DNA of 64,000 bases from Octopus sinensis (Eukaryota), in the NCBI RefSeq assembly GCF_006345805.1, contig NC_043005.1:107756001-107820000 (forward strand), read 5' to 3'. The position numbers and the translations under genes are program-made. The notes beneath the pieces are model-generated. The model saw only the letters and a list, made by a program, of their open reading frames with translations, searched no databases and was not told where the DNA came from. Below are positions 41,301 through 53,345 of this stretch, piece after piece (within the stretch, counting starts at the first letter, position 1; each line of letters opens with the position of its first letter).

Positions 41301-41405
41301 CCCAAGACACCTGATGAAAGCTGGAGGGTATATCAGCCGAAACGTTGTGTTAACAACAAACAAGATGAGGACAAATATCCCTCAAATGTAAATAATGTAG
41401 ATAAT
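41301..41405 (+). mobile_element. Solo tail fragment of the palindromic element, with the best-preserved hammerhead (41306-41351)
   Basis: gacac CTGATGA a agctg-gagggtatat-cagcc GAAAC GTT gtgtt, then aacaacaaacaagatgaggacaaatatcc as at 20612-20659. Confidence 0.8.
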
Positions 41406-41874
41406 GATAATAATATTAATAACAACAACAACACAACAACAACAACAACAATAATAATAATAATAATAATAATAATAAGCTTATAAACCGTGCATTGGAT
41501 AAAGAAAATAGTCTAATATTTGGACATATAAAACCACGATGGAAAAAGTGAACGCACTTTTTTCCGTCGTGGATTTATATGCGTCAATTTTAGACTATAT
41601 TCTTTAGCCAATACATGGCAATCGCTTATAAGCTTTAAGCTTATAATTATGATTATTACGCGCACGATCGCGCGCGCACACCCATACACAAACATGCACA
41701 CACGCACACACACACATACATATATATGATGGGTTCTCTTGTGAATGACAATGACGGTTCAGTAAAATATAACGTTAATCATGTTGTATGGGTAAGAATA
41801 TGTCGCTTGGGGCCTGCTGGTGCCTTGCAAACCTTTTGAGGACTCTGTTTGCTTTAGTGCATGTGGATCTATTC

Positions 41875-43278
41875 TGACACCCAGAGCCTTTACACGGTGA
41901 TCCCTCAGCACGAGGGGCTGCGTGCACTCCAACATTTCCTTGACCTTTGACCCAACCCCCAACCTGACACATCCACACTCGTTCGTCTAGCCGAACTTGT
42001 CCTCTCGCTCAACTGCTTCTCGTTCGCTGGTGATTTTTATCAGTAGTGCTCGGGACTGGCCATGGGAACGAGAATGGTCCTAATTATGCGAACCTGTTCC
42101 TTGGCTACGTTGAGGCCCAAATATTCTCAAGTTTCACTAGTCCCACTCCCGAACTATACGGCCGTTATGTTGGCGACTGTATCGGTGCGACCTCATTCTC
42201 ACGCAAACATCTAGACTCCTTCTTTTCTTTTGTCAAATCTTTCCATCCTGCCCTCCACTTCTCCTGCACTATCTCTGACACCTCTGTCTCCTTTCTTGAC
42301 ATTTCGGTCAGCATTCCTCACTCCACTCTCACCATCTCCATCCACTACAAACACACAGACTCACAATCATACCTAAACTTCTCCTCCTCCCACCCCAAAC
42401 ACACCAAGCTTTCCATCCCCTATTCCCAATTCCTCCGTCTACGTAGGATCCGTAGTGACGCCCATGACTTTGAGACTCAGTCTCAACTCATGGCTCGCCA
42501 CTTCATCGTACGTGGATATCCCCTCATCACTTTCCACACCACCCCTGCAAGAGCACGTTTCGTGGACCGTGCATCTTCCCTCTCCTTCCGCACCCACCCT
42601 GCCGTCTCCCGTTTCTCCTCACCTACCGCCCCACCACCCTACCTCTCCAACGCACCATTCTCCGAGCTTTCCGGTGACTCCAGTCCGACACCTCCACTTC
42701 GCACATCTTCCCTACCCGACCCCTCCCCTCCTTTAAACGAGCTCACAACTTACGATACCTCTTGGTCCACAGCTTCTTCCCTAACCCAACCTCCCAACCT
42801 GGCTCGTTTCTCTGCTCCCGCCCACGCTGCTGCACTTGCCCTTACCTCTCCAACACCACCATACAACAACACCACATCATCTCATACCACCACGCTAACA
42901 CTGACTACTTTCCAGCCCCACATCCACACACCTACACATACACACACGCACACGTGAAGGTCATCAGCCCTCTTCCACACGCACATAATGCTCTCTTATA
43001 CACACACACACATACACCTTCGTTTTGAGATTACTACTATCGCCTCTTCTTCTTCGCTCTCCTGTGTGACCCTTCTGTCCGGCATTCACCATGATAGATC
43101 GCTAGCCACTACACATTCATTACTTTCTCTTCTTGTTTCTTTCTGTGTTCCTTTCTGTGGAAGAACATAGGCTCGAAACGTTAAAGACTTCTTTACTTCC
43201 CGAGCGTTAAACTAATACATCTGGTTGTTGTCTGCACTACCTATCTTCGTCTTTTGTTTTCTTGTGAATTCTCCCTAC
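41875..43278 (+). mobile_element. Penelope-like retroelement fragment: RT pseudogene, start of Cys-rich linker and 3' pseudo-LTR
   Basis: DTQSLYTVIP, NCFSF, GLAMGT, PNYANLFLG, RYVGD (decayed YxDD), FHPALHF, VSFLDI, SSSHPKHTKLSIPYSQFLRLRRI, CSRPRCCTCPY; pLTR at 43088-43278. Confidence 0.9.
43151..43186 (+). ncRNA. Hammerhead-like motif (U at core position 6) in the Penelope pLTR
   Basis: cttt CTGTGGA a gaac-atag-gctc GAAAC GTT aaag. Confidence 0.5.
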
Positions 43279-43809
43279 ATACATACATACATACATACAT
43301 ACATACATACATACATACATACATGCATGCATGCATGCATACATACATACATACATACATACATACATACATACATACACATACATACATACATACATAC
43401 ACACTCATACTTCTCCAACTATGCGAAAAAACACACACGCACACACAGAGACTACTTCACGTTTGCGTTTCTCTCAAAAGTTTATTGATTCCACATCTTA
43501 TTGTTTAATCTAAGATGTACAAGTTTATTGTTGTGCCAGTGATAGTAGCTGTGTTGGTGATCAGAATGAAGAGAAGGAAAATTGCTGTGCTAGTGATGTT
43601 GTGCTAGTGATGGCGATAATGATGATGATCAGAATGAAGCGAAAGAAAATGCCGAGTTTAAAGATGCTAATTCTTGTAGAAATTGTAGCATTGTTGGTAG
43701 TTTACTTAATGGCAGTGTACAAGAAGGTAGCAAGAATGTGAATGGCAGGTAGCAAGAAGGTGAAGTCATCATCGTTGTTGATGATGATGATGATGATGAT
43801 GATAATGCT

Positions 43810-44245
43810 GTTGTTAAGCAACAAGACGGGTTAGGGTGATTAGGCGATGGTCCAGGGCTTCGGGGCGGGAGACCCCAGACCTTGGAAAAAAACTTTGGTT
43901 GTCTTGTTGCAGTCGAGGGCTCTTTGTTGACGCCCGACACCACTGGGAGGTGGCCCTTGAAGTCGCTGGAAATGGAGATCTCCAGCTCCAAGTTCTTGAA
44001 CGGATGGTGCTGCTGCTGTTGTTGTTGTTGTTGTTGTGTTAAGCAACAGGACGGATAAGGGGGATTAGGTGATGGTCTAGGGCTTAGGGGCGGGAGACCC
44101 CAGACCTTGGAAAAAAACTTTGGTCGCCTTGTTGTAGTCGAGGGCTTTTCGTTGACACTCGACACCACTGGGAGGTGTCCCTCGAAATCCCTGGAAATGG
44201 AGATCTCCGGGTTCAAATTCTTGAACGGCTGCTGCTGTTGTTGTT
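43810..44245. repeat. Tandem duplication of a ~225-bp GC-rich unit separated by (GTT)/(GCT) triplets
   Basis: ttaagcaaca.gacgg...ggggcgggagaccccagaccttggaaaaaaactttggt...ggaaatggagatctcc...ttcttgaacgg occurs twice. Confidence 0.9.
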
Positions 44246-45054
44246 TGGTACAGTTCCTGTTCAAACGACATTCTACAGTCCTGTAAGCTAAATCATTCCA
44301 TCGATGACCATCCAAATCCTTCTCTTAAGCACTGTTTAACCACAAGTTCTGATTAAGCAATCTGTTTATCAGGATATTTTTAAATGTAAGTAGAAGTACC
44401 ACAGCTCATGTGTGTTTTACTCTTCCGAAATCGTAGGTATAATTGGTTGCTTTTTCTAGCATTCTAAAGCTCGCTTATAGGCTTATACATTGGCCCGTAT
44501 TGGTTGAAGTAATTACACATCGTAGCTACCACTGGGCAGTTGTTAATTGTGGTGGGTTATCATTGTAGTGATTGCTACAGCCAGGTTTGGCTTGATCAAA
44601 CACATTCCAAAAGTGACTGTCCAATCTGAATTGCTAATGGTGGTGGTTAATGTCTCAGCGGTTTTGGTGGTGGTATAAGAAACTCAAAGAGAACATGAAC
44701 CACATCAATCTCACCAGTCAAGGCCGGTAAAGGTCACACTGACTGACCCTTCTTCTCTCTCTAATTGATAAATATAAACAATTAATGATGTTGGTATTAA
44801 TATAAAGATGCTACTGACAAATGGAAAAGATGGGGGAGAGAGATTTGGCTGTGCTGGAGTTGCTACTGATGGGGGTGAAGATGACAGAATGCACACACAC
44901 ACGCACACATATTTATAACACACACACACACACACACACATGTATGTACATATAATATCTATATATGTATATATGCGTGTATATGGTATACACATAATCA
45001 CATACACACATTTCTAGGCCCACGAGCTCGCGGATTCCTATTTCATTTAGTTCT

Positions 45055-45445
45055 GAGAGTTTTATATTATCAATAATATCAATATTAATATTATTAACAT
45101 TATTATTATTATTAACATTATTATTATTATTATTATTTATTATTATTATTTTTATTATTATTACCATTATTATTATTAATATTACCATTATTATTATTGT
45201 TGTTATTATTATTATTATTATTATTGTTGTTGTTGTTGTTGTTATTGTTGTGGTTATTATTGCTGTTGTTGATATTTTCATTTTTGCTTTATAATAATTT
45301 TTCTTATTTTAACTTTGCTTTCCCATTCTCGACGTTTATTTTTATTTTTATTTTGATGACTGTTATTATTATTGATGTCATTTATTTATTTTTTGTATTA
45401 TTATTATCATTAATGTTGTTGTTGGTGTTGTTGTTGTTATACATA
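45055..45445. repeat. (ATT)n/(GTT)n low-complexity tract
   Basis: Directly visible. Confidence 0.9.
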
Positions 45446-45750
45446 TTGATTTTCTTTCTAAAACGTCTAGACGTTGAAATTATATTTTAAAAAAATAAAT
45501 ACATTATTAAATGAAAGAAATTTAATAAAACCCACAAAAGAGTTAATTAGCTAATGAGAAATTATGGAATTGTTTTCATATAGCTATTATGTCGTGTGCA
45601 TGTGTGTGTATTTTATATACTTTTATGTATATGTATGTGTATATACATCTACATACATACATATGTATTTATATATATATATATATTTGTGAGAATATAT
45701 ATATATATATTTGTGAGTATATATATATATATATATTATATATATATATA

Positions 45751-46990
45751 TCATCATCATCATCATTTAACGTCCGCTTTCCATGCTAGCATGGGTTGGA
45801 CGGTTCAACTGGGGTCTGGGGAGCCCAAAGGCTGCACCAGGCCAGTCAGATCTGGCAGTGTTTCTACAGCTGGATGCCCTTCCTAACGCCAACCACTCCG
45901 AGAGTGTAGGGGTGATTTTATGTGACACCGACACAGGTGCCAGACGAGGCTAGCGAACGGCCACGCTCGGATGGTGTTTTTATGTTCCACCGACACAGGT
46001 GCCAGACGAGGCTGGCGAACGGCCACGCTCGGATGGTGTTTTATGTGCCACCGACACAGGTGCCAGACGAGGCTGACGAACGGCACGATCGGATGGTGTT
46101 TCTTACGTGCCCACAGCACGGAGGCCAGTCGATGCGGTACTGGCTACGGCCACGTTCGGATGGTTTTCTTGTGTGCCACCGGCACTGGTACCACAAAGAT
46201 ACAAATTCCATTGATGTTCATCTATTTTGATTTGATTTGATTTGATTTGATCACTGTCTCAACAGGTCTTCACAAGTGTCACAAGAAGGAGGTATGCACA
46301 GGTGAACTGACTACGTCCCAGGTAGAGGCCACGGGTTATGGCCTGACTAGTCTTGCCGGGTCTTCGGATGGTGTTTTATGTGCCACCGACACAGGTGCCA
46401 GATGAGGCTGGCGAACGGCCACGATCGGATGGTGTTTGTTATGAGCCCACAGCACAGAGGCCAGTCGATGCGGTACTGGCTACGGCCATGTTTGGATGGT
46501 TATCTTGTGTGCCACCGGCCCTGGTACCACAAAGATACAAATTCCATTGATGTTCATCTATTTTGATTTGTTTTGATTTGATCACTTGCCTCAACAGGTA
46601 TTCACAAGTGTCACAAGAAGGAAGGTATGCACAGGCGGACTGACTACGTCCCAGGTAGGGACCACGGGTTATGGCCTGACTAGTCTTGCCGGGTCTTCAG
46701 ATGGTGTTTTTATGTGCCACTGACACAGGTGCCTGATGAGGCTGGCGAACGGACATGATCGGATGGTGTTTCTTACGTGCCCACAGCACGGAGGCCAGTC
46801 GATGCGGTACTGGCTACAGCCACGTTCGGATGGTTTTCTTGTGTGCCACCGGCACTGGTACCATAAAGATACAAATTCCATTGATGTTCATCTATTTTAT
46901 TTTGGTGTTTTTATGTGCCACCGACACAGGTGCCTAGTCTTGCCGGGTCTTCGGATGGTGTTTTTATGTGCCACCGACACAGGTGCCGGA
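45751..46990 (-). mobile_element. RTE-LINE 3' end/UTR with nested tandem repeats (~60-bp and ~335-bp periods)
   Basis: The 3' terminal ~180 bp match 47731-47915, with a (TCA)n/(TGA)n tail. Repeat phase markers at 45969/46031/46091 and 46031/46366/~46699. Confidence 0.85.
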
Positions 46991-47417
46991 TGTTTATCAA
47001 GAGGAAATGGCCAAGTTTTAACAAAAGGAAAATCAGTACGGAAAAGATAAGCAACAGAAAGAGATAAGCAGGAAGAAATCAAAACACATGAGCTTAACAT
47101 TGAGGAAGGAGCATTAAATAAACAGATCAATACGGAAAAGAAAGTGAAAATCCTCCATAGGATACCTATTTAAATAGGGTGATTAGTCAAAACAAGAAGA
47201 AAGTAGCTGGTCCACTGCTGTCCCTTTGCTTTAAACACATAAACATCTCCTTTTAATAGGTGTGTATGTGTGAGGGAGAGAGGAGGGGAAGGAGAGTTTA
47301 AAAAGATAGAGAGAGGGTATCCAATACACATAGGAAAGTATATAAAAAAAACAACAGTCATCTTGTTCTTGCTAGAAGAATTACACAAGGTGAGAGACTT
47401 CGGAGTTTCCATATATA

Positions 47418-47467
<50 letters not shown>

Positions 47468-47474
<7 letters not shown>

Positions 47475-47650
47475 ATCCAAACATGAAAACACAACAACAC
47501 GAGACCGTGGAACAAGTATAGTGTTATTGGATGCTCAGGAAAGGAAAGAAAGAAGGATTTAACGTTTCGAGCAGAGCTCTTCATCAGAAACATAGGAAAA
47601 GGAAAGATCCAAGGAAGGGAAGACGGAGGAAAAAAATCGCCAACAGTACA
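47468..47650 (-). mobile_element. Penelope pLTR-like element (family E) with a canonical minimal hammerhead at 47557-47591
   Basis: Reverse complement reads gttt CTGATGA a gagc-tct-gctc GAAAC GTT aaat. Confidence 0.7.
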
Positions 47651-47730
47651 CATACACACAAACTGTTTTGATCTATACATGTAACTCCCAATAAATGTGT
47701 TGAGTGCCCTTCTTTCATTTATATATTAAC

Positions 47731-49084
47731 GTCGTTTAACGTCCGTTCTCCATGCTAGCATGGGTTGGACGGCGACCGGGGTTCTGGGAAGCCAGAAGGC
47801 TGCACCAGGCTCCAGTCTAATCTGGCAATGTTTCTACAGCTGGATGCCCTTCCTAACGCCAACCACTCCGTGAGTGTAGTGGGTGCTTTTTACGTGCCAC
47901 CTGCACAGGTGCCAGCGGGGCTGGCACGGCCACGGTCAGATTGGTGTATTTTATGTGCCACCGGCACGGAAGCCAGTCGAGGCGGTGCTGGCATCGGCCA
48001 CGAGTCGGATAGTGCTTTTTACGTACCACCAGACCAGGGATCCTGGCTGGTTCAATTCGATTTCGATTTCGCTTGCCCCAACATGTCTTCACAAGCAAAG
48101 GGGGTTGGCATGGGTGCCTGTCGTACGGTCGCATTGGAGATTTTACGTGCCACGGCCACGAGTCGGATAGTGCTTTTTACGTACCACCAGACCAGGGATC
48201 CTGGCTGGTTCAATTCGATTCGATTTCGCTTGCCCCAATGTCTTCACAAGCAAAGGGGGTTGGCATGGGTGCCTGTCGTACATCGCATTGGAGTATTTTA
48301 CGTGCCACGGCCACGAGTCGGATAGTGCTTTTTACGTACCACCAGGCCAGGGATCCTGGCTGGTTCAATTCGGTTTCGATTTCGATTTCGCTTGACCCCA
48401 ACATGTCTTCGCAAGCATGGGGGTTGGCATGGGTGTCTGTCGTCGGATGAGGTTCTATATCGACTTCGCTTGCCTCAACCGGTCTTTGTGTCCAAGGGAG
48501 GAAAGGCATTCATAAGTGGGCTGGGCTCACTTGTCCTGCTGGTCTTCTCACGTACAGAATATTTCCAAAGGTCTCGGTCTCTGGTCATTTCCTCAGTGAG
48601 GCCTAAAGTTCGAAGGTCGTGCTTCACCACCTCGTCCCAGTTTTCCTGGGTCTACCTCTTCCACGGGTTCCCTCAACTGCTAGGGATTGGCACTTTCTCA
48701 CACACCTATCTTCATCCATTCTCGCCACATGACCATACCAGCGCAATCGTCTCTCTTGCACACCACAACTGATGCTTCTTAGGTACAACATTTTCTCAAG
48801 GTGCTAACGCTCTGTCGAGTATGTACACTGACATTACACATCCATCGGAGCATACTGGCTTCATTCCTCACGAGCTTACGCATGTCCTCAGCAGTCACGG
48901 CCATGTTTCGCTGCCATGTAGCATGGCTGTTCGTACACACGCATCATACAGTCTGCCTTTTACTCTGAGCGAGAGGCCTTAGTCACCAGCAGAGGTAAGA
49001 GCTCCCTAAACTTTGCCCAGGCTATTCTTATTCTAGCAGTTACACTTTCAGCGCACCCACCCCCACTACTGACTTGGTCACCTA
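47731..49084 (-). mobile_element. 5'-truncated RTE-clade LINE (ORF C-terminus ~49084..48475; 3' UTR with three ~157-bp repeats)
   Basis: GDQVSSG...ARIRIAWAKFRELLPLL...MLHGSETWA...RRLRWYGHVARM...RGRGRPRK.WDEVV; UTR repeats start at 47995, 48153 and 48308. Confidence 0.92.
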
Positions 49085-49256
49085 GTCAGTAGTTGGGGTG
49101 GGTGCGTGAAAGTGTAACTGCTAGAATAAGAATAGCCTGGGCAAAGTTTAGGGAGCTCTTACCTCTGCTGGTGACTAAAGGCCTCTCGCTCAGAGTAAAA
49201 GGCAGACTGTATGATGCATGTGTACGAACAGCCATGCTACATGGCAGCGAAACATG
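48902..49256. repeat. Near-perfect 355-bp palindrome at the LINE 5' truncation point
   Basis: catgtttcgctgccatgtagc...ctactgact [tggtcacct] agtcagtag...gctacatggcagcgaaacatg. Confidence 0.95.
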
Positions 49257-49276
49257 TATATATATATATTCGTGAG

Positions 49277-49308
<32 letters not shown>

Positions 49309-49792
49309 TATATTCATATATACATACACACTCACACATATATGAGGCTTAAAAACATATGTGTGTGTAAGTATGACTGTGGACTACTCAACACCGAATT
49401 GGTGGGTAAAATTGTTTATTTATTTGTTGTATTTTCAACTTAGGTCACATATGCTGGTATCGCAGTTTTCCAATGCCTCGCATTAAAACTGGAGGCAAGA
49501 CCATCTCCATTTTGTATTCGGTTACACATAATTTTACAAGACTTCAAACCTGTATGGTGGTATATAAACAGAAACAATAGCATACACGTTTAATAGGGTA
49601 AAATAATACAGAGGCTTTAGAAGTGGTTGCTTCCCTTGCAATAGTTTTCATCTAGGTTAACGGCTAAATATCAGTGCATACAATCGTATGTTATCAGCAG
49701 ATTTGGGAGAGCCTATGAATGTGTGTATAGTAAACATGTAAACATATTCTGTGCAAATTAACTTATATTGAAAATATGTATTCATCTGATAC

Positions 49793-49941
49793 TCTCTCTT
49801 TTACTGTTTTACTTGTTTCAGTCATTTGACTGCAGCCATGCTGGAGCACCGCCTTTAATCGAGCAACTCGACCCCGGGACTTATTCTTTGTAAGCCCAGT
49901 ACTTATTCTATCGGTCTCTGTTTTCCGAACCGCTAAGTAAT
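49793..49941 (-). mobile_element. SINE family A, 3' tail fragment
   Basis: ttttacttgtttcagtcatttgactgc...gaaccgctaagt. Confidence 0.85.
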
Positions 49942-49949
49942 CTGTTTAT

Positions 49950-50056
49950 ATATATATATATATATATATAAAGCTGAAGTTGTCTGTGTATGGCAGGTTT
50001 GGTAGCCTTCAACTAACATTATCTCCTCCGAGACCCTGCGGCGTAAGTTGACCAAA
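49950..50056 (+). mobile_element. Possible 5' end of a Helitron-type repeat
   Basis: (ta)n-aagctgaagttgtctgtg...atctcctccgagac...gttgaccaaaa resembles non-autonomous Helitron 5' ends; recalled similarity only. Confidence 0.35.
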
Positions 50057-50160
50057 AAGGATCAAAGGTAAAGTTCACCTTGGCAGGTGTTGAACTCAGA
50101 ACGTAAAGAACTGTAAGAAACACTGCAAGATATTATTCCTAAGCTCTAAACGTTTTGCCA
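50057..50160 (-). mobile_element. SINE family B relic
   Basis: aaggatcaaaggtaaagttcacc...tgaactcagaacgtaa. Confidence 0.6.
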
Positions 50161-50898
50161 TCATTAAAAGTGTTAAGTAATGATGAGATTAGTCAGTTTA
50201 ATACACATGTAAAAAATTTCCCTAGGTATCGAATTAAACAGAGATACTAAATACATATTCATGCAAATTCAATAAATAGCGATCGATATAATAATTATTC
50301 TAGCTTGAGAGGGTAATTTTGTCAATAAATCACTGACATTATATGTATTTCAATGCGTTTTTTATACTGTGATTAATCATTAATTAAGTGATTTCGATGA
50401 CTAGTAAATTAGTAAACTATTTGATTATTAATAATACGAAGCGAAATATAACCATTGCGTGTTTTTCTTTCGCAAAATGACCCACCTAAGTTACAAGAGC
50501 CTTTGTATCGACACTCGATTTCATAAAAGGTAGCTTTCAAAGCATACAAAAACCAGTTTAAATTAGTATTAGTCGTTAGGTTCAATTAAATTCCCTTGAA
50601 AACACTAGAGCTTGATGTTTTAAACCCATTTAAAAATAAAATTATGTATTTGTTGCAGACTGATTATAGTGATACAGGTTATATTTCTAGTTTACTGTAT
50701 ATCTCTGAACTTGATGAAATAAATATAATTTTGATGTAGATTCCGTCTCACGTCTGACAACCAGCAAAAAACTGAACTCGATGTCAGCAAACTAAGCAGA
50801 AAAATGTTATACCTCAGCTATTTAAGAATATTTAAATATTCTTATTTCCTTTATTCTATACGTGTGTGTGTCTTCGTGCGTGTGCATATGCTTGTGTT

Positions 50899-50954
<56 letters not shown>

Positions 50955-51218
50955 TGACAGAATGACAGGCTGGCGTATAGTGAGACCGAACTAAAAACCA
51001 CGCCGCTGCGAAAAGAACATTTGAACTATGTCTTCGCATGTGTGTGTGTGTGTGTAAAATATGTGTGTATCTCTGTATGCATATATATGTGTGTGTGTGT
51101 GTGTGTGGTGTGTGTGTGTGTGTGTGCGCGCGCGTATGAATATATATATTTATAGACAACCCTATTTGTAAGTGTGTGTGTGTATATACATCTATATCTA
51201 TCTATCTATCTATCTATC

Positions 51219-51255
<37 letters not shown>

Positions 51256-51757
51256 ACACGTATGCGAACATTTTTATTTGTGCATATGTGTGTGTATGAA
51301 TATATGTTTGAAAGGAAATAAATTTTGTATATGTATACACACACACATACATACATACATACATACATACATACATACATACATCTCCCTCTAGACATAG
51401 CTGTATGTGGCCATGCGGCGTTTTTGTCTGTGTGTATATCTGCATATGTCTTCAATATTAACAAGGATCAATGACTGTGTAATATCTGGTGTTATTATTA
51501 ACGAGATCTCAACTCAATTTTGTGAAATTGAATTAAGAAAGAGAGTGAAGAGAAGCAGATATATAACTATCACAACAGAAGATCATAGTAAATGGCACCG
51601 TACTACATGAAATTGATGGAAATTACAGCAAAGGAAATAGTTTTCTTATATTATCTTGATTAACATACTTGTCTATAACAACCTTTCTCTTGTATATTCT
51701 CTCTCTTCTATTTACTATTTTCTAATTTTCTCTCTTTCTTTATCGCTATGAATTCCA

Positions 51758-51846
<89 letters not shown>

Positions 51847-53093
51847 TATATATACATATACATATATATATATACATATACATATATATATATATATATA
51901 TGCATAAATAAATATATTTATATGTGTGTGTGGGAACGGAATTAACGATGTATGTATGTGTATATATTTGTGTGCGTGTGTGTGTGTGTATGCTTGTGGT
52001 GTGTGTTTGTGTGCGTGTGATGCATATACATGAACACACATTCATGTATTTGTATTCAAAAACATGCGTATGAAAACAAAGGAGAAAAAGAGTATTCAAT
52101 ACTGTTGTAGAGTATTATATTTTATTGGAAGCTGAAACTTCTTTAAGCCACATAATTCTATTAACTCATGTCCCCCTTTTTTTCTTCCATTTTATTTTAT
52201 TTTGTGTACACCGATCATCAGGCTTCTCAATAAGAACCTTTCACCCAAAAGGTATTATCCAATCATACTTTCTATACTTATTTAAATTTATTCACTCCAT
52301 CTCTTTCAGACATCTGTATTATGTTCCATTTTTCATTACTGTCTAAAGATCAGAGGCGGGGATGCCGATGTAACGATTCATAGAGTTTTAGTCTCCAATA
52401 AAATATGAAAATGTATGCTTGTATGTATGTATGAAGGCATTTCCAGTTTGTCCAATGTAAGTTTTTGTGGTACCATCTGTATCTGTGTTAACAGTACTTT
52501 TTATTCGTCAGGGGATTTGAAGTTATATGACCGTCATAGACTCCACCACATGGTATTTTTCTTTATATGGTTGAAAGATATTATCACAGCGAAGCGAAAT
52601 ATACTAAACTTAATAGCGTATATTCTGATCGGTAGGGGAGAAACTGTCTCCACTTGCCTACACATAGATCAGTTTAAATTTCCCTCACCTGACACCCAGC
52701 TCTCACATATCGATCCTCGAAGTTTTGTGCATGCAACAGCGGCAACAGCCCGTGTAATGGCTTCCAGAAGCCGGCTAAACCAAGGTGAAGGTAATTGACA
52801 GTTTTCAGCTCTAGGTCGATGAGCTTGTCTACCTATAAAAGGGAAGATTGGATCCAGTGGACTGTGCGGAGGAATCCACTAGATTCGTTCAACGGACAGA
52901 AAGTCGAACCAGGAAGAGTTTTGGAGAACAAACAAAGCTCGGCGAGACACAAATAGTTTTACAGATCTACATTCTCACATATCCACGTATGCAGATGTGT
53001 ACTTCCGCAAACAGGAACGATGTGAGCACACACCCATACAAATTCAGATTATATGATAGAATTATGCATACGGTATTTCCCATATATTTTATA

Positions 53094-53345
53094 ACTAGAA
53101 GTATCGCCCGGCGTTGCTCGGGTTTGTTTCGACCCTTTAGAATTTGAATTTTTGGAAAGAAAAAATATTTGAATTATGTAGCTTGTTATTCTCTTTAAGT
53201 GAACATTTTTCTGGTTGAAATACACAGCAGTCAAAGAATCGTAAAAAATAGGGATTTTCATAGAAAAAAAGCACCTTTTTGATGTAAATAATTTTTGGTG
53301 TTAACATGGCCTGATTTTAATTTTTTCTTCTACAGAAGGAAGAGT
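53094..53345 (-). mobile_element. Helitron-type 3' end fragment
   Basis: actagaagtatcgcccggcgttgctcgggttt is a CTAG terminus plus hairpin, homologous to 39487-39517. Confidence 0.6.

Noticed and set aside
45910-46100. CRISPR-like periodic repeats
   Set aside because: Units are contiguous tandem repeats without unique spacers, in a eukaryotic LINE UTR with no cas genes.
52740-52900. TATAAAAG followed by a short hairpin; possible promoter or LINE 5' UTR ribozyme
   Set aside because: No downstream gene, and I could not build an HDV-like fold by eye.
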